From the NCBI GenBank assembly GCA_051294375.1, contig JBJCIZ010000040.1:62001-126000 (forward strand): a stretch of DNA of 64,000 bases, given 5' to 3'. A program made the translations under genes and the position numbers. Each line of letters begins with the position of its first letter. Within the stretch, counting starts at the first letter, position 1. The notes under the pieces are model-generated. The model was not told where the DNA came from and did no database searches. It worked only from the letters and a program-made list of their open reading frames with translations. Source of the DNA: Paraspadella gotoi. Its lineage: Eukaryota; Animalia; Chaetognatha. Positions 11,991-25,854 of this stretch are shown here, in pieces.

Positions 11991-13840
11991 GTATCATATA
12001 AAGTAGAAGATAATCTAAGATAAAGGGAGCCCATTATTTAAAGTGGAAAAGAATGAGTTGAATATGTTTAAATCTTAAACTATTCCAAACAGAATTTATG
12101 GTATACAATGTTCAAATATGAAGTAAAAACTAGAAAAGATACCTTTTTTGAGACAATTCCACAACTTGTGCAAAAATCAACTGATTGGCAGCCATGTGTT
12201 GCATTCTTGCTAACTGTGTCATTGAGCAAAATAGTGCAGTTATTCCAACATTTAATTGCAAGCGTCAGTTTTAAAAAATAAAATGACAGGACCCACCGAG
12301 AATTAATCATTTTGATACTTTAACGAATCTAAAATATCTATGATGTCAAAGTAAAAGTCATTTAAATGATGATAAAGGATGATGATAAAAAATATTATCT
12401 TGCCAAAATTCTTGGATCAAGATGCTTGTTCCTTGTGCATTTGATTTTTTTGAAACTAGCTACTCCTTTTAATAGATTACCATCTAATGGATATAATTTT
12501 GACAGTATTTTTTTAAAGATTTAAAGCAATATTTTGGTAAGAAAATAAAACAAGAAATAAGGAGTAAACAAGGGAATGTTGCAAGGATACTTTGAAGATC
12601 TACTGGCCAATCGTTTTGGCCAAAGATTTTGCCCATAAACTTTCTCTGTGGCTCTTCACTCAGTTACCGACTTGTAATAAGCCGATGGTCAGTCATGTCC
12701 TGTATGTACTTGTATAAAAAGGTTCAAATTTTTGTATTTTTTTCTCAGTCTAATACAAATTTTATTTCATAAAAAAGAAAAATGCAAAATTATATAATTA
12801 AATAATTATTTAATCGATATTTAATATACAGGGGTGGGACCATATATTCTACAAATAAATACTTCCAAAAATATTTTTGATTGTTATGAGAATGAGATTA
12901 AACGAAAAGTATTCAAACATTTTTCTTCCAAACCGCGCGGAGAAAACCGAGCAGTTGTCTTTGTTGCATCAAAAAAACATAATATCAAAGAATTTCAAAA
13001 CAATCAATATATCGTCTGAAAGCTAAAAGAGAGTATTATATGAATATTTATTCAGATTTTAAAAATCATTAAGAGCTTTAAAGTCAGGATTTTTTAAAAA
13101 AAATTTTGAATATAAAAAAGACCATTGGATCAAGTCGAAAAGATAATTGTTGAATATTTTTTTTTTAATTTTTATTATTTCATCAAAAATATATCTTTAA
13201 AAAAAGGGAGGTTCAGACTAAAATTTAAAAAAATTGGATGGTTAGATTAAAAAATAATGAAATAAATATTGGTGCACTTTTAAAAAATGTTAAGAATAAC
13301 ACAAGCCATTAGAAAGATTCACCTTCGACAAGCATGTCCTTTTCTCAGTGTCCAGAGAAGGTGGCACATGATTTTTCAACTGTCCCATTAGGAATTCTGT
13401 CATCTCTGTCACTATTGTTGCTGTCAGAAAGTCGAAAGTTCTAGAGGGGATGCGTGGGAAATTCTGCTTCTCTATCCTATATTTTCATTTATCAGGGGAA
13501 TTGCAGTCAGAAAAACTGCGGGGCCTAAAGTCAGAAGTCACCATCCTTCATCTTGACTTTTGTCAAAATTTTTATAAATTTTGTAAGGAAGCATCAAAAA
13601 GAAGTTTGACATGTTATACAGAAAACTTTAATTACAGTAGTTGCTGTTGGTTTTTCCAGACGTGTTTGATATTGATTAAAATAAATTTTAGCCTAGTTTC
13701 CAAATTGTTACTTTTTCATCTATCATAAACCGTTTTTGTGCTCTATAACCATTTATGAAGCCGCTTCTGAAAAACTTTCCCTTCATGCTACTTCTAATTT
13801 CTGTTGGACTCAAACTTTTGCAAAATGTCGGATTGGAAGT

Positions 13841-15825
13841 AACAGGTGTTCTTGGTGACAGAGACGAACGAGCACGCGGCAAATTATACAGGTGGGCCCT
13901 CAGTGGGTATATATGTTTTCACTCCATGCTTGGAGCGGCAGAATCAAAACTGAAAGTGGTTATGTCTGGGAATTCATCAAGTAATTTTGCATATACTTTG
14001 CAGATTGACGATGTGGCACGTGTTGCTGTTGCTCAACAGATTTTCAGTGACATTAGAAAAGTCATCAAGATGATCACAACCCCAGTGGAATGATCTGGAG
14101 CAAGATGTAAGTTGGCCAGAAATCAGACCCAAGTATAGGGCGTGGACACAAGGCATGATGCATTCCATCATGTAACCTCAAGAATATTTATTCATGAGAT
14201 CTCGGTGCCCATAGGTGGGAATGGTAGAGTCATTGGCAGTGTAAAGAGGTGTGCCAGTAGGACCATTCTGACGTTGTTGGAGAGAAGGCAGGAACAAGAA
14301 AAAGTCAGCCGCCGCCATCACAACCAACAGACATTGTTAGTATCCGTGAACATGAATTAAACGAGAGATTTTGTGCCGGCGGCGGCGTTCACATCCGTGC
14401 GCCGCGCCAGGCCGTTTTCCGGTGTCACATTGAACAGCCTTCGACACATTTCTTAGCTTTTCCCTTATAATTGGCATGATTAATAGCAAAGCGTGAGGTT
14501 TTTGGAAAAAAATTTGTGCTTGGATGACCAGGGTCTGCTGTGCCAGTTGAAGCAGCACCACCAATTCTGGTGCTTTCCTTGTTGCTTGAAGTCCATGGCC
14601 GCGGCCTCGCCCCCTCCAATTTTGGCGGCCCTCCGATTATGTGTTGCATTAATTGAGGCATCTGTATCGCCCAAAAATGGTGGTGTAAAATTAGTGCCAT
14701 CTACAGCAGAAACTGTTGCACGCTGGAGGAGTTGCCATCGGCACCATACCATTTTCCTGCTGCTTCTGCTACACCCTCAGTGGTTGCATCCTCTCTCATG
14801 ACTGAATCTTGAATGTTACTGGAAGGGATTGTAAAGTGCTTCTTTGGCAAGGTCATCGATAGTGAGGTCCCTAAGAGTTGTTTCTAATAATGCAGCTCTT
14901 CTCCATTGGATGAAGACCATCAAGTTTGAGTCCGCGTAAAAATTGAGCGCGCACGTTGGCTTTTTTGATCGCCAAATTGTTTCAGAATGCGAGCGTTACA
15001 ACCCCTCTACATCAGCCGCAGTTGGAAAGGGCGAGAGTTGACAATAAGTAGAGATAGCACTTTGACGGAGTGGTGGAACAGCAGCAGAGATAAAAGCAAA
15101 TTGTGAAGCAGGGTCAGAAAGGCCAACCATTGCAAATGAGCGTCTGACAGCACTGATCCAAGATTCAACATCGTCTATGTTGAAAGGTGGAAGTGATGGA
15201 GTGCAAACAAAAGTAGGATGTGGCAGCGATTGGGAGTAGGGTTGTTTGTAGAGAAAGCCGTCTGCATTTCTTCCATTGTCAACCGCATGCGCTCTAACTC
15301 CTGTTGATGTTGCTGTTGTTGCTGTTGAAGTTGGCGCTGAAATTCTGCTTGAAGCTGCTGATGCCTGTCGTTTGGAACATGTCGGCGTCCATGGTGGTGC
15401 CGTGGACCCTCTACAGCGCCGAGAGTTGCTGGATTGATTGGTCGGAAGCGCCTGGGATGAGGGTTTTCAAGATTGTTTAATGTTAGAGTCGGGGTACGTC
15501 GCCGCATAAAGGTTGGTCTCATTGGGATTGTATTTCACGCTTTAGTTCACTTTTTAATTCTTTTTCAAATTTTTTTTTTTAAGGGTTGCGATTTTATTTT
15601 CTTTTTGTCGCGGATTACCATATGGCGAGAGAAATAAAGAATCGTTTTTAGTTTCATACATTTATTCGCGAGAGACGAGAAAAAAACAGAGTGAATACAA
15701 AATCAATAATCATAACTGATTCAAACGCGTGAAAAATTGATACGGTTTCAGATGACGTCATACAGAGGTCACGTGAGGGTAAGTAAAATGCAGAAGAGGT
15801 CGCTGCCAAAAAGAGCATCGCTACA
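13841..15825 (-). mobile_element. CsRn1-type Gypsy B, copy 1 (5' LTR 15621-15825, gag, PR; truncated before RT)
   Basis: Near-identical to 29530-31539; gag C-x2-H-x9-C-x3-C motif (HANYKGKAKKCVEGC). Confidence 0.88.
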
Positions 15826-16292
15826 ATTTATTTATTTTTAGCTAAATTGAATATATATTATTGCATGAAAGGGCAAAAAAAAGGAAAAAGGTAAAAGCAA
15901 AGGGCGAAAAAAGGAAAAAAATAAAGGGGGAAAGAAAAGGGGAAAAAGTGAGAAGAAAAAGCAAGAAACAGGAGCGAGATAAATAAAGGAGAAAGAATAA
16001 GAGAGAGATGAGGATAGAAAAAAATGAGAAAAATAAACAAAGGGAAAAAGCAGGGAAAAATTGCGAGAAGAGAGAGAGGGGTAAAAAATACTGGTGAGAA
16101 GGGGAGAGGAGAACTAAGAGAGAACATAAAAAAATAGGTTTTTTTTAAAATTTAAAGATTTCATACCAAAAAATGAAAAAATCACATTTAAAATTAACCG
16201 AATTTAACCGTTAAAATGAATATATTAACGGTTAAGTTTAAAATTATTTTTAACCGTTAATAACCTAACAGTTAACGGTTATCGGAACACTA
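15826..16292. mobile_element. Right arm of hAT-type element family 2 (duplicate of 31540-32004)
   Basis: Ends aacggttatcggaacacta followed by atcactgg; subterminal aaccgtt repeats. Confidence 0.8.
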
Positions 16293-16337
16293 ATCACTGG
16301 TGCATCGTGCCAGTTCACGTTTAGTGAGAGAATCCTT

Positions 16338-16980
16338 ATGGCATCCCTTACCATCACTCCCACAAAGGTGTTGGTGCTTCATCATCCTTTCGCCTATCAG
16401 ATGATCTCTGAGGCTACTAAAGTGGTGTGCCATGTTAATTCCATCAGCAGCTTTGCCCAATTCACTAGGCCCACACTTCTCATGGTTTTGGGCATGCTGT
16501 GAAGATATCGCTCCTTTCAACATTATTTCCAAACGGACGTTGTAGCTAATCGGCAAGCGTATTGAAGATCTGTGTCCCCGCGCTACAATCAGTCTGATCA
16601 AGTTTTGCCATCTGCGAATCAGTTTCATAACCTTGATGGCTCATACCTCGGCCTGATGCAAAGATCAAGGCAATCTGTGAAGATTTGGTTCGATTGAACT
16701 TACGCGATTGCGCGGCCCACAGTGAACATCCCGTCCGCGGAGACCCCATTCGACCGTCCTTTTGAGTCGGAAGAGAATTGTGCCTTGCTGTCCTCTCACG
16801 TGGCACGACTTCGCAATCCGCTCTGCAAGTCCGCCCCTGCAGTGCTGAAGGCGCACCCCAATTACCTTCCCAAAGTCCATGGCAATCCCCGTTTTCACGT
16901 AATGTGGTCTTGAGCATTTCCATATTGAGCCTTCCTTTACTTCCTGCGGGTACAAGAAAAAGGAGAGTGCTTGATCAACT
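16338..16980 (+). pseudogene. Putative ORF0 upstream of gag in A (second copy ~32049-32720)
   Basis: ATG MASLTITPTKVLVLHHPFAYQMI...; shared downstream frame LSSHVARLRNPLCKSAPAVLKAHPNYLPK in both copies; lies between PBS and gag. Confidence 0.5.
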
Positions 16981-19255
16981 CCTCGCGGACCGCAACCCTC
17001 AGATTTTAGCTCAATGCAGCAATGCTTCAAGCCCACGACATCTTTCCTTTCTCTACAGTTCGGATTCTCGATGAAGCCTCCTATAACACCTAGTCTAACC
17101 CGACACTGTGCAAACTTTTAGAAAGACCTTAAGAACTCTGAACCAAGCTTCCAATTTTAGTCAATCATTACATATTTCCAATCGTCATCCTATAAAAGTC
17201 CTTCGACCTTCCTTTACTGGTCCAAGGCAAGCTGCAGGCACAACAACCAGGTGTTCTCCTTTGTCGCCTCCCTCCTTCCCAGGTGGGTAAAGAGAGTCCC
17301 CTACTTTCCCTTATATTTTTTATTTACCCCCTAAATGTTTATATTCATATAATTACCCTTTCTCCCCCCTGTTGTTGGTGACCTTTGTTCCCAAGATGGC
17401 GGTGGCGAGAGAACCTCAAACCGACCGCGCCGCGTCCTCTATTGCGATGAAGCCTTTGATTCATCCAAGGACGACTTTGAAGAATGGATTAACTTATTCG
17501 AGAAGGCAGTCGTGCTTGCGACCAATCCCTCCTCGCCAACAAAAAGCATGAAATTCTTTATCAATTGGCTGCCTCTCAAATTAGACGCGTTGGCCAGACA
17601 AATCTTCAAACAGAAAACCAAAGATAACTATGAGGAATTAAAAATCGAACTCATCATCTCTTCGTTGATCCACAAGATACATATGATTTTCTGGCTAAGA
17701 AAAAAACTATTAAGTGGGATGGAAAAGAACCATTCCATGCTCTCGCCTCCCGTGTTATCACATCGGTGACAAGCATGAAAAATATCAAACCCTGCAACTA
17801 AGGCGGTGAATATTTCTTCACCTTCCGCGCCGCCTTGGAAAAGCCATATAGGAACGCCATAGATCTAGGTTGCGGCGAAGACAAAAGAACCATAGAAGAA
17901 GCAAAGAAGATTGCTCAGAGGTTCCATATGACCCAGGCTGAAGACGATGACAAAGCGAAAGCAAATCAGTTTCCTTTACAGGCGCCGCTATGAAAGACGA
18001 TCGTATAAAAATCCTGGAAGATGGCCTTAGCAAGCTCGCATCGAAATGGAAAATCTCCGCTCTGATACCAGAGGTAATAAACAAACGGATGATGGATACA
18101 CAAGCGAACGCCGTCGCAACTTCTCACCGAGTCCCTCAAGATCCAGAGATGGTTCCGATCAGATCGTGGCCCCCTCCTACAACCGCGACGACCGCAGACG
18201 CGACTATCAAAACAGGCGCGACCGGTTCCGTAGATTGGACCGATCAGACCGATACGGAAGCGCTACGCACGAAGCAGCAGTCGCGACAGCCGTGATAGCA
18301 GCAACTCTAGCGCCGCCGCGATGGAAATGGTCGAAACGAAGGCAGATACGGCCCGTGAAGGCCAAGACTTTAGAAGAAGAGACAACTTCCGCAACCCTGG
18401 AAGAGACGCCTACAGGGCAATCCAAACCGAGATGAGGAAAGTGATGTTAGCGAAGGCGAATTAAGTTCTCCGCCTGTATCGCGAACAGCGCAAACGCGAT
18501 CGCGATCAATCCGCCAACTCCTCATCCAACAGCAAATCAAAAATCTTATTCAAAAAACTAGAGGACGACCTTGCCACGGGCAAGCAGGGTCAAATGACAG
18601 AGAGTCCCCTAAATTAGAAACTTTAAAGCCTAAATGGAAAGCAGAGTTCTTCGCTAGAGTGGGTAATGAAAAACTATCAGTCCTTGGCGACACAGGCTGT
18701 CAAAGAGGCTGGTCAGCGAGGAATTCTTCAATCATCATCCACTTCTCTGCGCCAAAGTAAGTAGACCCCTATCCTTTACAGGTACAGCCATAATGCCCAA
18801 AGACTAACTATAGGCATCGCTAACATTAAATTTAGAATCAATAATACCTATATGCATATGAATTGTAGAATTGTGCGAGGCCTTATCAACCCTTCATTCT
18901 TGGCTGGGACTTTTTCTGTAAATATAACGCATTTCTAATTCCCTCCGAGGGAAAACTAGAATTTCTTGGCCTTTCTTCCACACCCCTGATGAAAACACCC
19001 ATAGGCTCTCCGGTTGTTCTACCGCATCCCCGAGGACACTGTCATTCCTGCTAACTCAAAAATGCATCTGAATGTGAACTAATGCTAGATAATAAAGAAG
19101 CCAACGAAGCCTCCAAAACAGTCATAACAGAGCCCTTCGCTAATGGTAACGAGAGTCTCCTTGCTTGCAAGTGCGTTTCGTCTGTGAAAGAAGGCAGATT
19201 CCTCACAGAAGTCATGAATTTAACCAACAATAGCCACAAAGCCATAGCTGGTTAT

Positions 19256-19851
19256 TTAGGCCGGAACAGGTTGAAGTTCTCTCAAATAAATAATGGTAAA
19301 GTGACTGTTAGAGAATATGAAAATAAAATAATTTTTAAAAAATTATTTCATTAATAAGCGCACGGAAGCCTTTAAAGATTATTTTATTACATATAAAGTA
19401 AAAAATTTTTTTTGAATTTTTCAATTTTTTTTGATAGATTCTGATAGAGCTTTAAAAGTTAGATTAAAGGTTATTAATACAAATTTTTAAATTTTGTTTG
19501 TTTATTGATAAAAATTTTAAAAAACCATAAAATTCAGCCAATGATGATGATGAGTATGATTTTTTAACTTTTTTTTTTTAACCAATTTCTTGTCAAAATT
19601 TAAAAAAATTGTAGTACTAACTTTCATTTAACTATTCAAGCTCTATAAGAATCCGTTCTTAAAAAATAAATTTAAAAATAAAATTTTTGTCATTTGTTAT
19701 ATATTAATAAATATTTAAAAGCTTCAGTGCAACAACCCAATGAACTAATTCAAAAAGTTGCATTGAAAATCGATTTAGTAATGGAAGGAAAAAGAAAATT
19801 TTTTTGAGAGAATTAGAAGTTATAAAAAGTGTTCAATTTTGGCCCGCCTTA
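19256..19851. mobile_element. hAT-type MITE family 1, second copy (same site as in copy 1)
   Basis: TSD ctggttat at 19248-19255 and 19852-19859. Confidence 0.85.
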
Positions 19852-20520
19852 CTGGTTATGTCCTGGGCTATTGCAGAATTCACCACGATGAGTCATGTGA
19901 AGTTGCTGAAACAGGAATTCTGTAAATTGCAAAAATGTCAATAATATTTCTCGGCCTAAAAATTTCCATTCCCTTTCACATTCCACTTTTGGTAAAACAA
20001 AGTAGTTTCATATAAAAGTCTATTGTAATATTTTATTCTTGCGCCATTTCCCTTCGATTGTTATATACTGAAATAAACTCTCGTTCATTTTACTCTTCGG
20101 TATCGAAATTCTTTTCACTAAAAATCCGGTCTCCACTTTGGTGTTCCAGCCGCCTGGTTACGAATAAAGTTTTCTTTTAAGCCCTCCGAAGCGAAATACT
20201 CGTTCGTCCGCTACCTAAATTTCTAACAAATTTAAAAGAGAGAAAATCTCAAATTTTACGCTTTCGCGTTCCAATTCTTTTCCAATCTTTTTTCGTGCGC
20301 CTTTGCGGCTTCAACAAAGGACACTCGGAATTTTGAAGTGAGATTGTTCTTAGGTTTTTTTATGAAGCAAGGAGTTGTAAAAAATAATTGGGCCATAGTT
20401 TTTTATAAAAAATTGATAATTAATTAAGATCAGTAAAAATTTGTTACCAATTCATATTTTTCTCCAAGGTCTATCGCAGATCTTACCTTACCTTTTCTGA
20501 AATTTTATTAATTTTTAGTT

Positions 20521-20840
20521 ATGGCATCAGGGGAGCCGTCGGCTGGACCGCCAGTTGGCGAGTGGCGAAACCATCAAAATTCCGACAGCGGACAGATTAT
20601 GAGAGAGAGTCGTTCCCTAGATCAATTAGGAGGAACGAGAATAGACTGCCGGCTTGCCAGAAGATCGGACACTCGACATCTCACAGAGGAGGAGTACATC
20701 AATCTTTGAAAAGGCGGTAGACAACTGAGAGCAGAGTTTGTGAAGAGGAAGACTAAAGAAGAGATGAGAGGCAGTAAAAGAGGGTAGAGTGGGGTAGAAG
20801 AGAGAGAAGGATTGGAGAAGTTAATGGAGGTGAGCAAGAG
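20521..20840 (+). pseudogene. Truncated gag-like N-terminus of element D
   Basis: First long ATG frame after the PBS leader; charged coiled-coil-like sequence ending abruptly near 20840. Confidence 0.4.
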
Positions 20841-21889
20841 GTGTGAACAGCTTCTTTTTCCTTACCAAAGCCTATCTCCTACCATCTCGGTTCTTTTCCG
20901 AACTCTTCTCTACTCTCCCGTCAAAAATTTTCTTTCCCGCCTACTTCTCTAACCCCGTTCCCCCCTCAGTTTTCCGTGCGTTCCTGCATCGTCAGCGGCC
21001 CACGCCCGCCAAGGTCCATCGATCAACTATCCGGACAGAGCATCGGTCGGCCAAATCGATGAAGCAGATTAAGACGAAGCTGAAGCAAACGGACGACGCA
21101 TTTGTGTTCCTGCAGAATGAGTCCATCATCCAGCAAGAAATCGGCCATGTTTTTCCAAGCTGAGTCTTTTGCGCCGACGGAAAGTTGCCAATTGTTGCTG
21201 ACCCATTTCTTGATGATAACCTTAGACCATATTATGCAACATTTATCTCTCACACCCGTATTACTCTGTTGCACGAATATTATTTTGTTCACTGAGTGTC
21301 ACCTGTTTCCCAATTTTTCAAAATAGTTGTCTTAGTAAATATCAAACGATGAACAAACTAAAGACGCAACGGTTATGCAATTTTATTTACGTTTTTCTAT
21401 GTAATGAAAGCTTCTTGGGCGCGGGACGAAAACCAATTTGTTTGCGATTTTATTTGTAAACTGAAAGATAAAAATGTTAGCTCGCGTCGTGGAAGATGCT
21501 TATCATCCGGGGGTGGAAGAGACTTTATCTGCATGTGGCGAGGCACGCCGATAGCCTTGGAAACCAAATCGTGGCCGGCGAAAGGCACTGCGACCGTCGA
21601 TGCCGTCGATTTGCCCAATCGTCGAGCAGATGGACGTTTCCACCATCAAAAGTTGGCGGCCGCAGGGCGGCAAAGCAGCGGTTTAGGGGCGGCCGCTCTG
21701 GGCGTGGCAAAGGCCCGGCAATGGCCGGACGTGGACGTTGGTCGGCGAATCGTTGTCGCCGATGACACTCAAAGTCGAACCAGACGTTTTCTCGTTTCAT
21801 CTCTATGACGCTCCCTCCTCCACATTCGTTGCTTATTACTGCTGAAAGTTAGCATGGAAGATTTGGATCATACAAAGAAAAACCATGTT

Positions 21890-23390
21890 TATTTTTTGCG
21901 CGGAGGAATTGGGTCAGCACCCATCCGTCGGTACATGTCCCAAAAGCACCCAAGAGTAAACCGCAATTTGAAGCTTGCCCATGAAAGATGCCAAAGGAGG
22001 AAAGAAGGATGCATGAGGGGCGCGGCGGCGAAGTCTCGTCAGTCATGATGTCGGGCTGCGCCGTCAATGGCGTCTTGGAAATTCTACAAAACATGGAAAC
22101 GATTTTTCGCGAAAATCAGGCGTCTAAGAAAAACAACTGATTCAAATTTTACTGCATCATTTTCGTCATCGTCATCAAATTTTTCAACTGCAGTTCTTTG
22201 TCAAATTTTTTTGCCAATAAGCAATCAAACTCTTCTGCCAGGCCGCTACGCCCAAAGAACCTGCCTTTTTCTCAATCAAGAGGAAAGTCCGCTTGAATCA
22301 CTCTGCAATAAAAAATATTTCAGATGAATTGTGTCAATTTTTTGAAAGCAAGAAGAGGACTTACTATGTCTAAGCTTAATGTCTCCCACATTGAAATGTC
22401 CAGCGCGGACCTGACTCCGGATATGAATGACACTGAGTGGACGCGATTTTCCGGCAAAATGATTCCACTGATCCGGCACACCCTCCTCGGCAGTCGGTGA
22501 ACAAAGCTAAGTTGTTCATCAGATGACTGGGATCCGGGACAGTCTAATTAGAGAAGGAATTAGTTCAAAAGGGAGCTATTTCCATCTCTTCAATTAGTGC
22601 CTACTCACAGTAGCAGTTGACCAAGGCGTTGGCAGAAAAGTGTGGAAATCAAGAAGTGGAAAGGTCTTCTTGGCCTTTGGACACGTCTCAATGTTCAACT
22701 CTCAGATAAAGATGTAGCTTCAGGCCACACTGCAGGAAGTTGAACGAAGTTGTGGATGAGCCTATTAAACCAAGGAAGTTCCAGTTTTTCCTCAGACGAC
22801 AGTTCTTCAGAAAATTTTGCGATATGCAACAGGCGCTGATGTGAGTGAAAAGAAAAAATTGATTATTTGCTAAGGAAAGAGGAAGTTACCAGATAAACAT
22901 GAAGCTTTGCTTTTATCTATGGGGACTTGGCATTCCTTCGTCACCGCAGTCGTCTTTCCATCATCAGTAATCAGGAGTGCTACTACGCTTGTGGACAGCC
23001 CCTGATGGAGGAATCAAGTTCTCTCCTTGTTGTGTCTGAGATGGAATTTCATCGTCTTTTGAGTAAGACTCATGAAACAAAATTTGCTGCGGTCAATCAA
23101 GGTTTTGATCATGTTGTTGTTGAAATAGTTGCCCAAATAGCAACGAATTCATTCAAGTGCCCATTCTCTAGTCCTCTGGAGAATTCAGATATTCCCTGGA
23201 ATCATCTCATTCGTTCAAGTCTATCCCGAGAGAGTCTCATCAAATTGGTTGAAGATGAGAAAAACATTAGACCGCCTGTGCCATGCCCGCCTGCGGACCG
23301 CCTCTTACCCGTTTGGCTGCTCGCCGCTCTGCTTCTGCAAATGCCGAGGCCGGTGGATGCAAATTATCTTCTTTTTGTTGAGACATCATA
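21890..23390 (-). CDS. Spliced antisense gene of unknown function inside element D (at least 5 exons)
   Basis: Four short GT-AG introns on the minus strand at 22889-22836, 22608-22544, 22364-22303 and 22152-22084; two junctions are in frame (PWSTAT|TVPDPS and DDENDA|NFQDAI). Confidence 0.6.
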
Positions 23391-25313
23391 AACAATTTAC
23401 TAAATGTGGACTAATAAATTTTGTTTTTATTATTCTGACTAGAAACTTTAATGTATTTCTTACAATTGATAAATTTTCAATGTGTTTTTTGAAACTTAAT
23501 TTAAAGGAATACAATTGTTTAATTAAAAATGTGTTACAAAAAAAAAATTTGTATTAAATATTGCAGAATACAGTTGCCAATAGATTAAATTTGGCGAAAT
23601 GTTATTTACATGATGAATTGCACGTGTCTTTTTGTTTACTCTTTTTCTCGGTGATAAGACCGGCCCTGGGTTGTGTGTTGGGTTTGTAATGAGTCTGTTA
23701 GAACGAATTAGAGAATGGGTGACCACTTGTAAATTTCACTGTATAATTGATTAATATATATTATTCAATCATTATTGTACTCACATTAGTAGACCTTCTT
23801 CAAGTTTGTAGGAATCCGTCAGGATCCTTCTTTTTGAAGCACTGGCGGACTACAGTTATGAGAGATGTAAGGGAGTAATGAGAAAATGGTCGAAACTATA
23901 CAATTAATTATATGTGTTATTAATCATAATAAAATTAATTTTGATTACATGTATGTCGCTATTAATCAAATCTTTTGAGATTCAGGTTCTTTGACTCACG
24001 GTTGAAGAGAAAGCAACCGATCACCCTGACACCTGCGAAGATTCTTAACGGCGGACACGTCGCTTGAAAAATGTTAAGATTGCCATGGAGTGTGAGAGGG
24101 GGATCGCTATATGTGTGAGCTAAAAGTTAAATTTATTAATTGTGATAACTGATCAAAAAATAAATATTGCATGTTGAACCAATATTGAAATCAAAGATCA
24201 ATAATCAATTGTGACAGTAAGCTTATTTCGTAAAAATTAGTAAAAGTTTTTTTCAAATTTTTTTCATAAAAAAAAAAATTGATGATATTTTATTTCCGTT
24301 TTGAATTATTGTCTACAAATTATTGCCATTTCGAATTCAACTTATTTTGTGCATTTAGAAAACTTATTCTTAATAAAATTGGAATTCGTCGGTTATGATT
24401 TTGTATTTGAATTGTTTTTTGCCATACTATAACTATTATCGTCTGCGTATTGCGTAATGCAATTTTTCATATGTCTTTTGTTTTATAAAAGTTCGAAAAT
24501 GTTATATAATTTTAAAATGAGCATCGACTTACTGTTTTGTTAGATCGAAAATTGTTTGCTTATGAAAATTATTTTGAAAGAAAGTGTATTAATAAAACTT
24601 GAAATTAATTCCCTTTTATATATTCGCGTTTCCATTGACTGATACATTTAAAGGTAGAACCTTGTGAATTTTATATGTTATTTTGGCTTAAAAATTTTTA
24701 TTTTTTTTAACCCTGAGTGAATTTATAGCTATCGTTTTAGAAATATTTATTTTGTTTTTTGAAATTTTAGTAGCATGGCCGAGTGAAGTTCGTGCAGAAC
24801 AGAATTCTGTAAATTGCAAAAAATGTCAATAATATTTCTCGGCCTAAAATTTCCATTCCCTTTCACATTCCTACTTTTGGTAAACAAAAAGTAGTTCATA
24901 TAAAAAGTCATTGTTATTTTATTTCTCCGCGGCATTTTCCCTTCGATGTTTATACTGAAATAAACTCTCGTTCATTTTAACTTTGGTATCGAATTCTTTT
25001 CACTAAAAATTCCGTCCTCCACTAGTCCCTGAATAATTTTGCATCAGAAACCGATATGGTCTGTTGCTTCTCTAGCGAAGACTCTGGTTATGAATCAGAG
25101 GATCCTGGCGACTCTGTGGGTTCCGACTCAGAAAAAAGAATTCGAGAATGACCCCCCGCTAAGGCAATGCCTCCATTAACACTAAAGAAAAACCCCCGCC
25201 CCAAAGAGACATCAATACCCGAAGGAAGCTAAAAGGTTAAAAGTTAATTACAGACAATACCGCGGGCAGATGCCAAAACCCTATTATANNNNNNNNNNNN
25301 NNNNNNNNNNNNN

Positions 25314-25674
25314 GTCATTTCGTCCGTGTTTAACAATAAAACTTTACATATGATTATGATTAATTATCATCAATCATCATCTGTTATTTTTGTATTAAAC
25401 CTTTTCTTTCTTATACAGATCACGTGATATGATTATTCATTAGCCAGTGTCGGGGTTTCTTAATAGTTTATTTGTTTACCATTATGTCTCCATTCTCCCG
25501 TCCATCATCATGAGCTTAATCCATGATTTATGATGCCTTTGGCCGTCCTTACCTTTTGCTGCAGATTGAGCATGTTTACACAGAACTTTATTTGATCTCC
25601 AATTAACCACTGAACTAACCAACCGTGTCAAAGCTGAATCGAGGTGAGCTCTCTACAATAAATACCGCTCATCA
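25314..25674 (+). repeat. Probable 3' part of the 5' LTR of Gypsy A
   Basis: aataaa then ...ccgctcatca; with the hAT removed it joins ctggtgcatcg, a tRNA-Gly-like PBS. Confidence 0.6.
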
Positions 25675-25854
25675 CTGGTAGAGTTCCGATAACCGTTAAT
25701 GTTTTTAGAATTCGCTTAACCGTTAAAACAAACATTTTTAACGATTAACCGTTAAAATCGGTTAATTTTATAATTCAACTTTAAATTTAAAATATTAAGA
25801 TTTAAAACAAAATAAAGGTATTTAATGTATTTTCTTTTTACTCTGGCTCTTGAA

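Larger units (their letters stand above)
19895..25023 (+). mobile_element. Non-autonomous LTR retroelement D (LTRs 19895-20137 and 24782-25023)
   Basis: ~243-bp direct repeats with AGT...ACT ends; 4-bp TSD agtc; empty site gatgagtcctgaa at ~2681; PBS tggtgttccagccgcc at 20139 resembles tRNA-Val complement; no pol motifs. Confidence 0.88.
16293..25289 (+). mobile_element. Gypsy A copy 2 (PBS, ORF0, gag from 17396, PR; carries hAT MITE 1 and LTR element D; ends at N gap)
   Basis: Colinear with 1-2940 apart from the insertion at 19895-25023. Confidence 0.9.

Noticed and set aside
12000-13830. Coding-like minus-strand patches and a Tc1-like tacaggggtggg end at ~12826
   Set aside because: No partner TIR found and no recognisable protein motif.
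15858-16127. Phe/Leu-rich membrane-like ORFs (also 31551, 41575, 59815-60257, 61371-61799)
   Set aside because: Translations of GA/CT low-complexity tracts.
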